Source: Paraspadella gotoi
Taxonomy: Eukaryota; Animalia; Chaetognatha
DNA length: 64,000 nucleotides
Assembly (NCBI GenBank): GCA_051294375.1
Contig: CM119268.1
Span: 22,035,033 to 22,099,032 of the forward strand
Direction of reading: 5' to 3'
Shown: one piece after another, positions 40,379 through 52,746 of the stretch
Layout: each line of letters begins with the position of its first letter
How positions within the stretch are numbered: the stretch's first letter is position 1
Position numbers and translations under genes: made by a program
The notes under the pieces: generated by a model
Told to the model about the DNA's origin: nothing
The model's database searches: none
Seen by the model: the letters and a program-made list of their open reading frames with translations, nothing else

Positions 40379-43300
40379 AAGAAAATAAAAAAAAAAAGAA
40401 AAAAAAAGACAAAAAAAAAAAAAAAAAAAAATAAAAAAAAAATAAAAAAAAGAAAAATAAAAAAAAAGAAAAAAAAAAAGAAATTCAACTAAATAAAGAG
40501 TTTTTATTTTAATTTATAAATAAGGTATAGCGGTGCGTGAATAGAACCTGCAAGTAGCGTAAGTCCTCATGGTATCATATTGTATTGAGACTGGTTAAGT
40601 TCTTGGTTGCAAAGAGGGTGCTCGCGTGATAGTACATTCGGTTAGTATTGTCAATACTGTGTTACACTAAATTTATTAAAAGGCACCTGAAGTTTGAAAT
40701 CTGAGAGAAGTTTTTTTTTTATTCTTCGAGTAACGACCGAGCAAGTCTGTGCCGTATATTATTAATAAATATCCGCGCGTTACCTCTCGACATTCCGTCT
40801 ACGATCTGTCCATTCAATATATGGACAATAATTTTGAACAGTCAAAGGGGACGAGATGAAGGGAATGAAACGGAAACTGATCTATTGTCAAAGAAGTCCT
40901 GTTGTTCTTGCTTCGCAGTTAGACACCCAATCCTAGTTGCACCATGGCGCTCGACCTAAAGGCCATCAGACGAGTTGAGACTCGTCAGGAGTAAGCCATC
41001 TAAATCAGTTGAAATTATGTGTTTTATCTTGTTCATGGTTTACAATTTTTAACTAGTTTAATGAAGGTTATTCAGTTAAAGTGATTACTTTAGGTCGTTC
41101 GGTTATCGTGTCTAATCAAGTCGGGAAATTTATCCTCTGTTAATAAATCGTCTCGAACAAACGACGACGACTGACGGACAACGTTGATTGATCGGATGAA
41201 TGATGATTGATGATAACCACGCTAACGTGGTTCTGGTAAAATCATTGCCGGTTAGAATCACTAAGAACACGAAAGACCTAACAAGCGATTGGGTCTGCTC
41301 CCTCACTTGATGTGAGTCCGGTTGCCGCGACTGTTCCTATCCATGCCAAGTTAGAGAACAGATTCATTTACAGATTCCATCGCTTATGGCGACCAAGGCC
41401 AAAAACCTGGGGGCATTGATCTCAGAGGATAACCGCGCGGTAAACGAGTACGTCCGCAGCTGCCCAAAGAAAACGGTGATCAATATAAAAATGCCCAAGC
41501 TCTGCTGACGCAAGGTAGCCCAGACCCTTAAATTCAGGAAAAATAAAACATTTGACTTCCATGTGTTTCGTTTTATTTCAAGTAATTCAGATTTGTGCCA
41601 TTCTCGCACATTGGATAAACATCAGATTATTCATTGCTAGTGCTTGTTTAGCGACGGTTGCCGTCTCACACGTTTTTTCTTTTCTCTGTTTTATTTGTTT
41701 AAATTTGAATATAAACTAATGAAGGTCGTTGCGCGTTAATTTTCGATTACACAGTGGAAAAAGTTGAGCTCGGCTTACGGACATTGCGGTCAAGCCGGAC
41801 CGCCAAATGAAGATCGCGAGAATGGAAGATGAGAAGATATTAGCGAAAGATTGATTTTGCAGAAACTGTACAATGCTGGAGGAAGCTGGCACCATTGCAG
41901 CAAAAGTCGTTGATATTAGTATTTGATTACTAGACTCAGAATAGTTTAAATCTGTTGTTTGGATTATTATTCACTAGTTCAAATTGATAATGAATTGACT
42001 TATTTACAATAAGAAAATATTAAGTTTGTTTAGAATGAAATTTATAAAGAATAAGGATGTTCAAAAAATTACTTCCATGATGTTCGTGAGCTGAGGGTGT
42101 CCCTCGTAAACGGGGGGAGAGCTTAGTTGAGTTAGAAGGCTATAGTAATTCATAACCCATCCAGATAGTTGAGTTGAAAAGATCATTCATCTTCAGTCTC
42201 TCAGCACATTAAATGAGTCATTTCAGCAGCCGAGCAAAGTCAAGCCCGGCAGTCTGGCGGACAGCGAGCAAGTTCAGGATCGTCACACACTCGCCAGGAG
42301 CGTTCTGGGCAGACCCGGAGAGCTTTGCTGGCCACCCTTTTGGGCTTACTCGACTGGGAGATTTGCCGGAGAGTTCAGCGCAATTAAGGGATTATTAAGG
42401 AGGTTCGATCGGACCGGTGGTCTCAAGAAAAAATTAAAATGGAAAGCGAATGTTAAGGAGATCGTGAAGTGAGAATTAGGGGGAAAACTGCAGAGCAGGG
42501 TTTTCGTTGGGTTTGGGAGTTGTTTGCTGATCAAACTCTTTCGAGGGCTTGTGAAGATGAATGAATATCTGAAATGGTTGGGCCACTTAGACTATCGAAG
42601 TGCTCCGCTTCTTTCAACTGTGGTTACCACAGGTAACCGGGGGAGTGTTTTACGGCGAGCCCTCGTCTTCCAGAAGCAGTAATAATCATCTCAAGGAGAG
42701 TAATTCATCGTTGCTATTTGTGACAGTGGTGGATAGAAAAAGTTTTTTAGTCACTCCACTGAAGATACTGAGCCGTCCTTGGAGAGATCCTTGTGGATTT
42801 TTAGAAGAACGACTACTTTGTAAAGAACAGAAGCCGGGAGCAGAAACGTTAAGTATTAAGTGAATATATAATAACGGGATTTTAATGTTTGTTATCTTTG
42901 ACTTTTTTGATAAGTCTAGACATTATCAAACGCTTTGTGATCATATTGGATATTAATATAAGGCGTTTTGCCTTTGGTTTAATGATCCTGTTCGTGATAA
43001 TCAATTGCTGCCTAGGGCTACAAGAGCTGAGCGCAGGGCAATAGAAATTGAAGACATTTCCTTTAACATGTATGTGAAATTGGATACAGACTTGCATATC
43101 AGAACATGTCCTCGACGCCATGCTTCAACACATCGTCATCGCTATCATCTTTCCTGCCTTTATCTCTCATGGGGATAACGGCCGGTCGAGAGTCCCGCTT
43201 CGCACGTAGAAGATGTGATTCTCTGATTCGTTCGTTGCCTTGTTTGTATATGACCGCAAACTTTTCTGTGCTTCCTCCGCCTTGCGTCCGATCTTCTTGC

Positions 43301-45941
43301 TCCTTTCCTCTCGCTTCGCCTGCATTTCCTCCTGTACTCGTCGTCTCTTCTTGTGCCCTCTCTCTCCTTCTTTCTCCCGAACATTCCTCCCCTCCTCTCG
43401 ACCTTCGTACTCCTCCCTCAGTCTCAATCTTCCTGCTCACGGAGATACCTGTCGTCCTCTCCGCTCTCAGGCAGATTACGCTTAATCAGATCTCAGGAGA
43501 GTTAATCTCGTTGCATCGAGTATTTGTCAGTGGTGATGAAAAGTTCTTTAGTCAACTGCCTGGGACCAGGGCTACAAGAGTGAACGCAGGGTAATAGAAT
43601 TGAAAACATTTCCCTCAACATTTGATAATCTGTTGTGCTCAATAATACGCTAAATTCCCGGTTAAAGTATGTTTTTAATTTAAATGACGTTTTCTTCATG
43701 GAGGGTTGACGACTCTTATCTATGAGAGTTGTGAGTCTCTTAGGGATATGAGAAATAATAGAATATATGTACTTGTGCCGGACCGGGCTGACTGGCCGTT
43801 GTCGGCTGCCGCCGAGGATAGCTCATTCCGACGTGGGTTTTGGCAGGTATTCACTTTCATTCGACCTCAAACAAACCTGAATTTGCGGCTTGAGTCTAAT
43901 GAGAAGAGGTTTTTCCGAACTGAAGAAGAGAATGTTAGTGGAAGCGTTGGTGAATCGAGGTCTTTGGTATTGAGTCAAACTAAATAAGAACTTTTATTTA
44001 ATTTATTATAAGTATAGTAAGAGCCCAAGAAGGGTCCGTCTATTGAAACCATGTTAATGCTTTGTTGAAGGTGCCCTGTGATTACATTAGTACATTGCTC
44101 ATACTGTTTTAACTAAATTGTATTAAAAGGCACCCTGAGGTTTTTGAATCTAAGAAAAAGGTTTTTGTAGTATTTCCTTTAGTAAGACTGGAGCTAAATC
44201 TGTGCCATAAGATTTTTAATAAATACTCGCCGTTACCCCTTCCGTCACGATCGGGGTGGGCGGGCGGGGGTGGGGGGGGGGGCGGGGGGCGGGGGGGCGT
44301 CCGTTCAAATATGGACAATAATTTGAAACGTCAAGGGGAACGAGATAAGGGAATGAAACGGAAACTGGATCTTATTGTGCCAAAGAACGTCTGGTTTGTT
44401 TTGTCTTCGGCAAGTTAGACACGCCAATCCTGTGCGACCCATCGGCTGCGAGCCTAACGGTGCATCCAGACGAGTGAGACTCGTCGGAGGTAAGCATTAA
44501 ATCAGTTGAATTATTGTGGTTATCTTGTTCATTTACAATTTAACTAGGTTATTCCATTAAGTTTTACTTAGGTGTAGTCGTTTGCTTAATCGTCGGCGAA
44601 ATTATCCTCCGTTAATCACGTTCGATGATGATTGAAATGATGATACCCCTAAACGTGGTTGTTGTAAAATCCGTTATGCACTAAAACAGAACCCACAAGC
44701 TATTGGGTCTGCTCCCTCCCACTTGTATGTGGAGTCCGTTGCCAGCAACCTCCTACACATGCCCAAGTTTAGAGGAACCCTTCATTTCGATTCCATCGCT
44801 TACTCGGGACTAAAGGCCAAAACCTGGGCATCGACTCTCAGAGGATAACCGTCGCGTAACGTCCACCTACGCTGCAAAGAAGGCGCGTGATTCAATATAA
44901 AAAATGCTTCAAGCTCTGCTGGCCAAGTTAAGCCAAGACCCTTATTCAGGACAATAAACTTTGACTTCAATGTGTTTCGTTTAATTTATAATTAGATCTT
45001 GTACCATTGTCTACATTGATACATCCGGATTATTCATGCTAGTGGTTTCGTTTTACGATGGTTGCGTCCTCACAACGTTTTTTTCTTTTCTCTGTTTTTT
45101 TGTTAAATTTGTATATAAAACTAATGTACGGTGCGTTGCCCTCATTACGTCGTAGCACAGGTGGCAGAAGTTGAGCTCGAGCTACGGACATTATTGCGCT
45201 ACAAAAGCGGGAACCCAAATGAACAATCGGAGAATGGACAATCAGAGATATTAGCCAAGATTGGTTTTGCAGAAGCTGTAAAAATGCTGCAGGAGCTGGC
45301 ACCATTGCAAGTCCTTTAATGATGTTGCCTTGAGGATAGTTGACGAGGATGTCCACCGTTTAGAGACAATCCTGCGGGAAAGGATCAAAACGGGCCATCA
45401 AGCAGCCTTGACAATGCATTAGGCTGGTACAAATGAAGCCAGGGGAAAGTTGCTTTCTGCCGTAACTCCTTAGGAGGCAAGTCGCCACGACGACGGCAAT
45501 TGCGCGGTCGAGAGATTGACTCACGAGGCATCAAAAATAATCATTCGGCGACGATCGATCCACACGACGAAAAGACAATTCCAGTTTGGGCTTTGGGAAT
45601 CGTGTAGTTAAGAAATTGAATCTGGAGAAAGCGTTATTAGACGAGATGGTCGACTTAAAAAGATCGCGACGAATGATTAATTTAAACCTCTCTACTAATG
45701 TTTTATTGAAGAAAAACTCTTTAATATATTTCTTGTTGATTGTTTACATCTCATTTTTATGAATTTAAATGCTAATTTTAAAAATAGTTTTAGGTCATTT
45801 TTCATTAATAAGGCCGAAGGGGCAAACTGATAATTTAAATAAACAGTTCTTGCCGAACCGCGCGGCAATTACTTCTAACAATATTACAGTGAACTTTTCT
45901 AAAAGATTTAACTCTGAGCGGCACATTTGATTTGTGTTACC

Positions 45942-47115
45942 ATGAGCGTATTACTCCCAGCCGGTGACATACTTTTTGGAGTGATCACAGAAAGACTAGC
46001 CGACTAATGTTTGACCAGGACGAGCTCATCTGCCGGACAACAAATCTCTCACGGAGTCCGAGATCGATCCCGGTCCACGAGAGGTGATTCAAGAATCCTT
46101 GCCTGCAAGCAAGGCCTTCGCCGATCAATTTTTGAATGTTAATGCGTCGAAAGACGATGCCGGCCCCACCGAACGGGCGGCTGAAGATTTAACTGAACCA
46201 ATTGTCTATGGTATGGGAGATGATCGCCTCTTCGCCCCGTCTTTCGTCTGTTCACCAGAGAAACAACAGATGTATCGTAACATTCGACGCGCGTGGGAAC
46301 GGATTGCAATGCGCCGTGGGTGGACACACCAGCAGTTCTGGCAGTTTATTGGTCTTATAAAACTCTGGAGAAAGGCCTGATGTACTTTATAAACTCGCTC
46401 GTCGCGTTTTTTCTTGGGAGCAGTTCACTGTCCCTTACGATGCATCCGGTCGGGCCCTCAAATTCGTTGCTGGACAGAGTGACGGACGCCGAGAAAGTCT
46501 CTAAATTCTGTTCACCGGGACCAAGACTTCTCATTCAAATTTTCAACAGAGGTTCAATACGTGGGCCAGTCTCCAGAAAGGCCTGCACTCTCGAGAAAGT
46601 CAGAAACAGTCTTCTGCCTTGCCAAACCCTTTTGATGATATCTCTTGGAAAGAATTGGAGGAGAAGATTGGGAAAAGTTGAAAAAGGAAGCGGTGAGGCA
46701 CGAAGCCATAAATGGAGATTAAAAGAAGAGAAACGCTTAAGATTGAAAAGAATTACAATGAAGAAATTCAACGTCAACTGGAGGCTGGAAATGAAAATAG
46801 AGGTTATAAGAAAAGATGCTGACCAAAAAATTGAACAAATTACAAAGACTCTGGAGTTCAAAGCTTCAGTAAAGAAAAGACCCGGCGCGGACGACACAGT
46901 TTTTGCTTTGAAAAGGAGAGGAAACAAGTCCATCTTCTCAAAGTCATGAATTTAGAAAAGAATAAAATTATTCAAGAGATCTCGTTCACCACACCATTGC
47001 ATCGTTCAGTCAATTTTGAATCACGAGAATCGGCTTTTGGTTGGTCTCAGTTTGGGAAACAAGCCGATGTCCTGCCTCGTGACGGGATTTCCAGATTCGC
47101 GACCTCTTCGTTCAG
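45942..47115 (+). pseudogene. Element ORF3 (unknown protein with a C-terminal charged coiled-coil; also ~29450-30100, inverted 32457-33240, and tail at 33940-34330)
   Basis: MSVLLPAGDILFGVITE...EVIQESLPASKAFADQFLNVNASKDDAGPTERAAEDLTEPIVYGMGDDRLFAPSFVCSPEKQQMYRNIRRAWERIAMRRGWTHQQFWQFIGL...NPFDDISWKELEEKI...EMKIEVIRKDADQKIEQITKTLE; frameshift positions differ between copies. Confidence 0.55.
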
Positions 47116-47509
47116 CTCGGCTCCAGGCAGTAATATCTCAGGAGAGTTAATCTCGTTGCTATTTTGTCAACAGTGGTGATAGAAAAGTTCTTTAGTCACT
47201 CCTGAGATACTAGCGCCTGGAGAGACTCTTGTGACTTTTTAGAAGAATTATTAGCCATTTTGTAAAGAACAGAAGCCGGAGCAGAAACGTTAGTATTAAG
47301 TGAAATGATATAGGGTTTTTAATGTTTGCTATCTTTACCTTTTTGATGATCTAACTTAGATTCTAAGATTATCAAAAGCTTGTGATCAATTGGATACTTA
47401 ATATAAGGCTTTGCCTTTGGTTTAATGATCCTGTTCATAATCATCTGCCAGGGCTGCAAGAGCAAAGCGCAGGGCTAATAGTAATTGAAAACATTTCCCT
47501 TAACATGTA

Positions 47510-48714
47510 CAGTAGCATCCGTCTAGAATTTCTGAGACGGCAAGCTCTGTCACTCGAGTACAAATGATAATTTGAAAGAGAGCTTTTGTCTTGATATCGA
47601 GTACACATATGGCTACTCCCCCTTCGGTAAGCCATTGCTCTACGACCAATTTTGGGACATCAGAAGTTATTGTAAAAAGAAACTTCAGCCAGATTTGATC
47701 CTGAAACCTTTTCTTAACGTTTAAATCCGGCGCGCTACGCACTCGGCCAAATGATTTTCAAAAAAATTTCGTTCAGAATAAATTATATAAAGCTGTAGGT
47801 TTGCTTTTAATTTTTTTTGGGAATCAAAAAATTCCTTAATGTTAACATGCGTTCGGCCAAATCGTCTTCTGGTTATCTTGTTGGTCTCCGTTTCATAATT
47901 TGGCAAGACTTGAGATAAATACAGAAGGCTTCAAATTATAAAATTAGAGACTCCTTTTTTGTTACCAGAACTCGTTCCAAGAAAACTACTACACCACAAT
48001 TATTGAAATTTGGTATGAATGATTTCGATGTAAGACACGATGAAAGTTAGCATGGTGCAGTGTATGCAGCCATAAAAAAAATTTGTGTTTGAAATCGTTC
48101 TCTGTGAATAGGTTATAAGAAACATTGTATTGGCGTTCACTGTGGCCAATGTGGGCATCGCCATAGAGGCAGGACGGCTCAACGTCCGACGGTAGAGATT
48201 TTGACATCGAGTTTTCTCGTTGTTAAGCCGCTATGTCAAACATTTTCCCGTTGATTTTAAAAGTTGTTTTAACCTTTGTTTATTGTGAAACAACTGAAAC
48301 TGTTTTTTACATCGTCGCTTATTGTATCAATATTAATAAATAGGGCTAACGATTGAGAGAATGAAAGAATGAAATCATTTATAAAAAGGAATAAAGTTTT
48401 TGGTTGGCATAAAAAAAAGAAAAAAAACCAATATTTATATTAGGGTTTTTGAAAATTTTTTTTTAAATAACGAAATGGCCGAGCGGTTAAACTAAGACTT
48501 TGGCGCGGAAAGAAATTAGAAGGATTCGAATCCCACTCAAAGTAAAATTTTACAATAAACTGCTATGTCCCAAAGTAGTCGTAGAGCAATGGCTTACCGA
48601 AGGGGGAGTAGCCATATGAGTACTCGATAACAAGACAAAAACTCGCTTTCGAATTATCATTTGTATTCGAGTTACAGAGCTTGCCGTCTCAGAAATTCTA
48701 GACGGATGCTACTG
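47510..48714. mobile_element. Non-autonomous Tc1/mariner-type DNA transposon, ~150-bp TIRs, TA TSD
   Basis: TA|CAGTAGCATCCGTCTAGAATTTCTGAGACGGCAAGCTCTG...CAGAGCTTGCCGTCTCAGAAATTCTAGACGGATGCTACTG|TA. The empty site aacatgTAtaaaattg is seen at 26560-26575. No transposase ORF is recognisable. Confidence 0.9.
48472..48545 (+). other. Degenerate tRNA-like / SINE head inside the transposon
   Basis: A box TGGCCGAGCGGTTAA and B-box-like GATTCGAATCCC; no intact cloverleaf. Confidence 0.5.
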
Positions 48715-49004
48715 TATAAAATTGATACAATTGATATAAACATTCCTTCACGCCATGCTTCATAATCGTCATGTCAATCATCTTTCCATGCCTTTTCTCT
48801 CATGCGGATAACGCCGTCAATCCCTTCCACGTGAGTTCATCTTTTGTTCTCCTTTTTAATTTCCAATCTTTTCTTACTCCCCTTCATCATCTTCTTCCTC
48901 CCCTTCGTCATCTTCTTCCTCCTTTCTCTCCCTCCCTCATTTCCCTGTACTCTCTCCTCTTCTTTCCTCTTTCTCCCTCTCTCTCCCTTCTTTCTCCCCA
49001 ACAT

Positions 49005-49975
49005 TAGGGCGTTGAAAAATAACGAAATATAACAAATCAAGTGAGGGTACATAGCTATTTTGGTGTAATAAAGTATGTAGAATTCGATGATGATAACTAT
49101 TTTTTTGTATAGTCTCATCTTCTTTGTCGGAAATGGCGATTTTTGCATTATATAAGGTGCTATTAAAATGGAGCAAACATTGTAGAGTATAGGAAACTCA
49201 AATTATTAAGATTTTATAAAAGCCATATTTAACTTACATAATATGAAAATAAAGACCCATATAAATATTTTGGTAAGTTTATTTACAAATTTTATATTTT
49301 AATAATAGTTTACTTAGCTATATTTATTAATAAATAAAAATAAAAAATAAGCTAAAGTAAAAAATTAAAAAAATAAAAATTTTTAAACCGGATTTGAATT
49401 TCTTACAAAAAGTTGATATAAGAAAGTATAATCCATTTTTAAAAATTCTTTCATTAAGTAGGTTAAAAAATATTAAAAACTATTATTTTTGTTTAATTTT
49501 TAAATTTTTGGCTTAAAATTATAGTTTTTCTGAATTTTGACTAACTTAATGATATAATTTTGATATAAAAAATATATTTTCTTATATCAACTTTTTGAAA
49601 ACAATGCAAATCTATGAAAAAAATTTTAAAATTATTATTTTTTCACTTTAACCTAATTTTTACTCATAATTATTAATAAATATAGTTAACTAACTTTTTA
49701 TAAAACATAAAATTTAGAAATAAACTTACCAAAATATTTTTATAAGTCTTTATTTTTATGTTTCAAAAGCTTTTAATAATTTGATTTATCATAACTAAAA
49801 ATGGTTTTGCTATTTTATAACAATTTTATATACATTAAAAACCGTCATTTCCGACAAAAAAGATAAAATTATACAAAAAAATGGTCATCACCATCGAATT
49901 CTACAGACTACATTACACTAAAATAGCTATGTACCTCACTTGATTTGTTATATTTTGTTATTTCTCAACGCTCTA
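49005..49975. mobile_element. 971-bp foldback (almost wholly palindromic) non-autonomous DNA transposon with 8-bp TSD, hAT-like termini
   Basis: TSD CCCAACAT at 48997-49004 and 49976-49983; termini TAGGGCGTTGAAAAATAAC / GTTATTTCTCAACGCTCTA. The arms stay complementary to a centre near 49495. The empty site is at ~30185-30200. Confidence 0.9.
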
Positions 49976-51930
49976 CCCAACATTCCCTCCCTCCTCTCCT
50001 TCTCCCTCCCTCTCTAACTTCCTCGCTCGCATCTTTTTTCTCCTTTCCCTCCCTCTCTGTCCCTCTCTCCCTGCCTTCCTTCCTACTCTTCTCTCTCTTC
50101 TCCCTCCCTCCCTCTCTTAGGAGTCTACGTCGTTCTTAGAGATCGAGGAAGACTTTTTCAATGGAGATTTCAAATCTGACTACCAAACAATATAAACGCT
50201 CCTGGTAAAAATTCTGGTAAAATATCGATGTAAAAACACTTGATTCCGATCCTGTTGCATCTGAAGGGCTCGCATTTTTTTTCTCTTGTCAAATCATCAA
50301 CATCTTGATATCAAACAAGCCAGAACAAATAGACTGCTTCTGGACGGAAAAATTTTCCATCTCTGATTTTATATAGAAATGAAAGGGATTTTTTTCCTTG
50401 AAAACGATATAAACGTGACTGAGATATGTTCCTGTTCAACAAATGGGGTCCAAACTTGGAATCCTTTGGCAAAGTGTCCCAAGGGCTCTCAAAATTTTTC
50501 TTTATATTTTAGGTTATTTTGATATGATACGATCATGGTAAAGTGAATTAGTCCATTTTGGTGAAATTTTTATTTAAAGTAAAAGTAAAAGAGGAGCTAA
50601 CGATCGGAATTCTAAGAGTTTTCAACCGGGAGTCAGATTCGGAAAAAATCTTCTATGGCGAAAATCTTCCAAAGAAGGGGTGGATTTTCCGAAGATTTTG
50701 GTTAATATTTTCTATATTTATAGTCGGATTTTTTTGAAACTTAATATTAACAATATTGCCATTATTCTACCTTGTCCGGTATAAGAATATATTAAAAAAA
50801 CCTCGGGCTTTGTTCGTTAGAGCTTAGTCCTACCTCTCTCCCTCCCTCTTCTCCTCCCTCCTCTCCCTCTCTCCCTCCCTCTCTCCCTCCTTCCTTCAAC
50901 CCCAAATGCAGAAAGGAAATTCCTTTTCAACGACGAATTTCGAGAATCGGATTTTGAAAGAGAAAAGTTTTTGCTGGATTCGACGGAGGAAGATTTATGG
51001 CTTTGAATCTAAGGGCGGGGGGGAGAGAGAGGGAAGAAAGGGGGAGAAAGTTGAGAGGGAAATAGGAAGGAAAGAAAAGAGGGAGAGGGAGAGAGAAAAT
51101 GAAGAGTCAGGAACCGTGAGAAAGGAAACGGGGAAGAAAAAAAAGAAGAAGTAAAGGAGAGAAAAAAGGGGAGGTAGAAAAAAGTAGGAAGATAAAAAGA
51201 GAAATGGAGGGAGAAAGGGATGAAAAGCTGAAAGGAGTTGTGGTAAAAAGGCTTAATATATATAATATAATAATATATCGTTATATATATAAAGGGAAGC
51301 AGGACAGAAAAGAAAGAAAGAGGGAAGACGGGTCTAAGGAAAAAAGAAAAGAAAAGAAGAGGAAAAGGAAAGAAGAAGAGAAAAGAGAAAGAAGAGACAT
51401 AGACTTGGCAATCGAAAAAGGACAAAAGAACAAAACTAAAACCTTTACGCCATCTCCAGCGTAGTGAAAATATTTTCCCTTTGCTAAAACGGCACTATTT
51501 TCAGAAAGCGCCCCATTTCTGTTTCAAAACTTTATTTGAACTGTAATCAATCACTCTAATCCTTAACCTTAATTCCTAAGCTCGTCTCCTAACCGTAAAC
51601 CGTAAACCTCATCGCTAACAAAAATTTGAACTATTTTCTGGACCAAATCCATAACCATAATCACAAGCATATTCACTATCCGTATCCATCTTAAATATAT
51701 TTTATATTTAAAACCAAATTTGATTCTAAATTTAAGCTTAAATATTATGCTTTTGTGGGTTTTTTTATGGAACAAAATACAAAGCGAATAAGAATCTGAA
51801 TTTGAAAGATTTAAACTCATTTTGATTCTCAAATTGTCGGTGATGGGAGCCAAATGTTTTGTGTTGTGAAGTCAAAAGAAAAAACAATTTTGTTAATGTG
51901 TATCCAAATTAATTCTAAACAAAAAGAATA

Positions 51931-52210
51931 GGGCTTTAATTTTCTAGAATACTTTATTTCATCTTAAATTTGAATATAGTTAAGTTATAGGATTAAAGAT
52001 TAGGTTAAATGTTAATCTTAAGGGTTAAGGATTAAGTCATTGACTAGAGTTAAGGATTAAGGTAAGGGACTTAAGTTTAGGTTTATGGTTAAAGATTAGA
52101 GTTTAAGATAGTTTAGAGGATTAGAGTTATAAACTGGGTTATAGATTTGGTAATAGATTAGGGTTGAATATTAAGGAACAAGAATAGGGCGCTTTTGGAA
52201 AAGAGAGCCA
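51931..52210 (-). mobile_element. Older inverted copy of the same MITE family (further partial copies from 51490 and ~54935)
   Basis: Ends gggctttaattttctag...tttcatcttaaatt and gaatagggcgcttttggaaaagagagcca; GGGTTA-like core; flanks agaata/agaacc. Confidence 0.65.
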
Positions 52211-52599
52211 AGAACCTAAATAAAAAACATTTGCAACTCAAAGTCTTGGCTTTTGAAGGATTTCATTAAAAAAACAACTTCAAAACAAAAACATGTTTCG
52301 AATTCGTTGTTTTGTTTTGGTTCTTTTATCAGCGAGACGGCTTTTTTTTTTTGAGCTTATACAAGAGAATAAGATACTTGAAAACGACAAGCAAAAAAGT
52401 AGCGTAAGTAAAACTATAAAAGATTCATATTTAAAAAAACAAACTATTTTCAACTTACCAAATTTAGGGATTCGTGAAGGCGTCTCTATTTCTTCCGCTT
52501 CTTTCTCTCTGTCTCACTCTTCGTCTTTGACTTTTTTTTTTCTTCTTTTTTTTTTCTTTTAATCCAAAAATACTTTTTTCTTCCTTCTGTTCTTTTGTT

Positions 52600-52746
52600 T
52601 TTTTTTCTCCCTTCGGGTCGACGTCGCGTGTTCTGCCCTCTAACGGAGAAGTCGAAAATAAACGCGGGATTCTTGGTCGAATGTTTTTTGGTTCGGGAGT
52701 TTGCGTGGAGGAGGAAGAGGAGGAGGAGGAGGAAGTGTGTACGTAT
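52600..52746 (-). other. Candidate exon of an unidentified gene
   Basis: Strong acceptor tctcttttttcatttcag followed by a complex, GC-richer island amid simple repeats; reading frame is ambiguous. Confidence 0.3.

Larger units (their letters stand above)
22954..47505 (+). mobile_element. LTR retroelement-like family lacking a recognisable pol, present as several partial, rearranged or redundantly assembled copies
   Basis: The 5' flank ends TGTAT (22949-22953) directly before TGTTACG. 3' LTRs end CTTAACA and are followed by TGTAT (26564-26568, 43069-43073; split by an insertion at 47506). GGGGGAG immediately precedes the internal TGTT starts (26180, 42646; GGGAG at 36313). Three different downstream sequences diverge exactly after AACA. 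Confidence 0.8.

Noticed and set aside
40318-40482. Poly(A) tail or retrocopy insertion in ORF1
   Set aside because: Absent from all other copies and embedded in raw-read-quality sequence, so probably a sequencing artefact; the same applies to the G-run at 44253-44298
46201-46235. IVYGMGDDRLF (and DLGDDW at ~35230) as an RdRp/RT catalytic motif
   Set aside because: No motif A or B at suitable spacing, and the surrounding sequence looks helical or coiled-coil; a chance tripeptide is likely
22954-47505. A genuine 6-7-copy tandem array, or programmed frameshifting or an alternative genetic code in the ORFs
   Set aside because: Frameshifts differ between independent copies and are identical between reused blocks, which is the pattern of uncorrected long-read error
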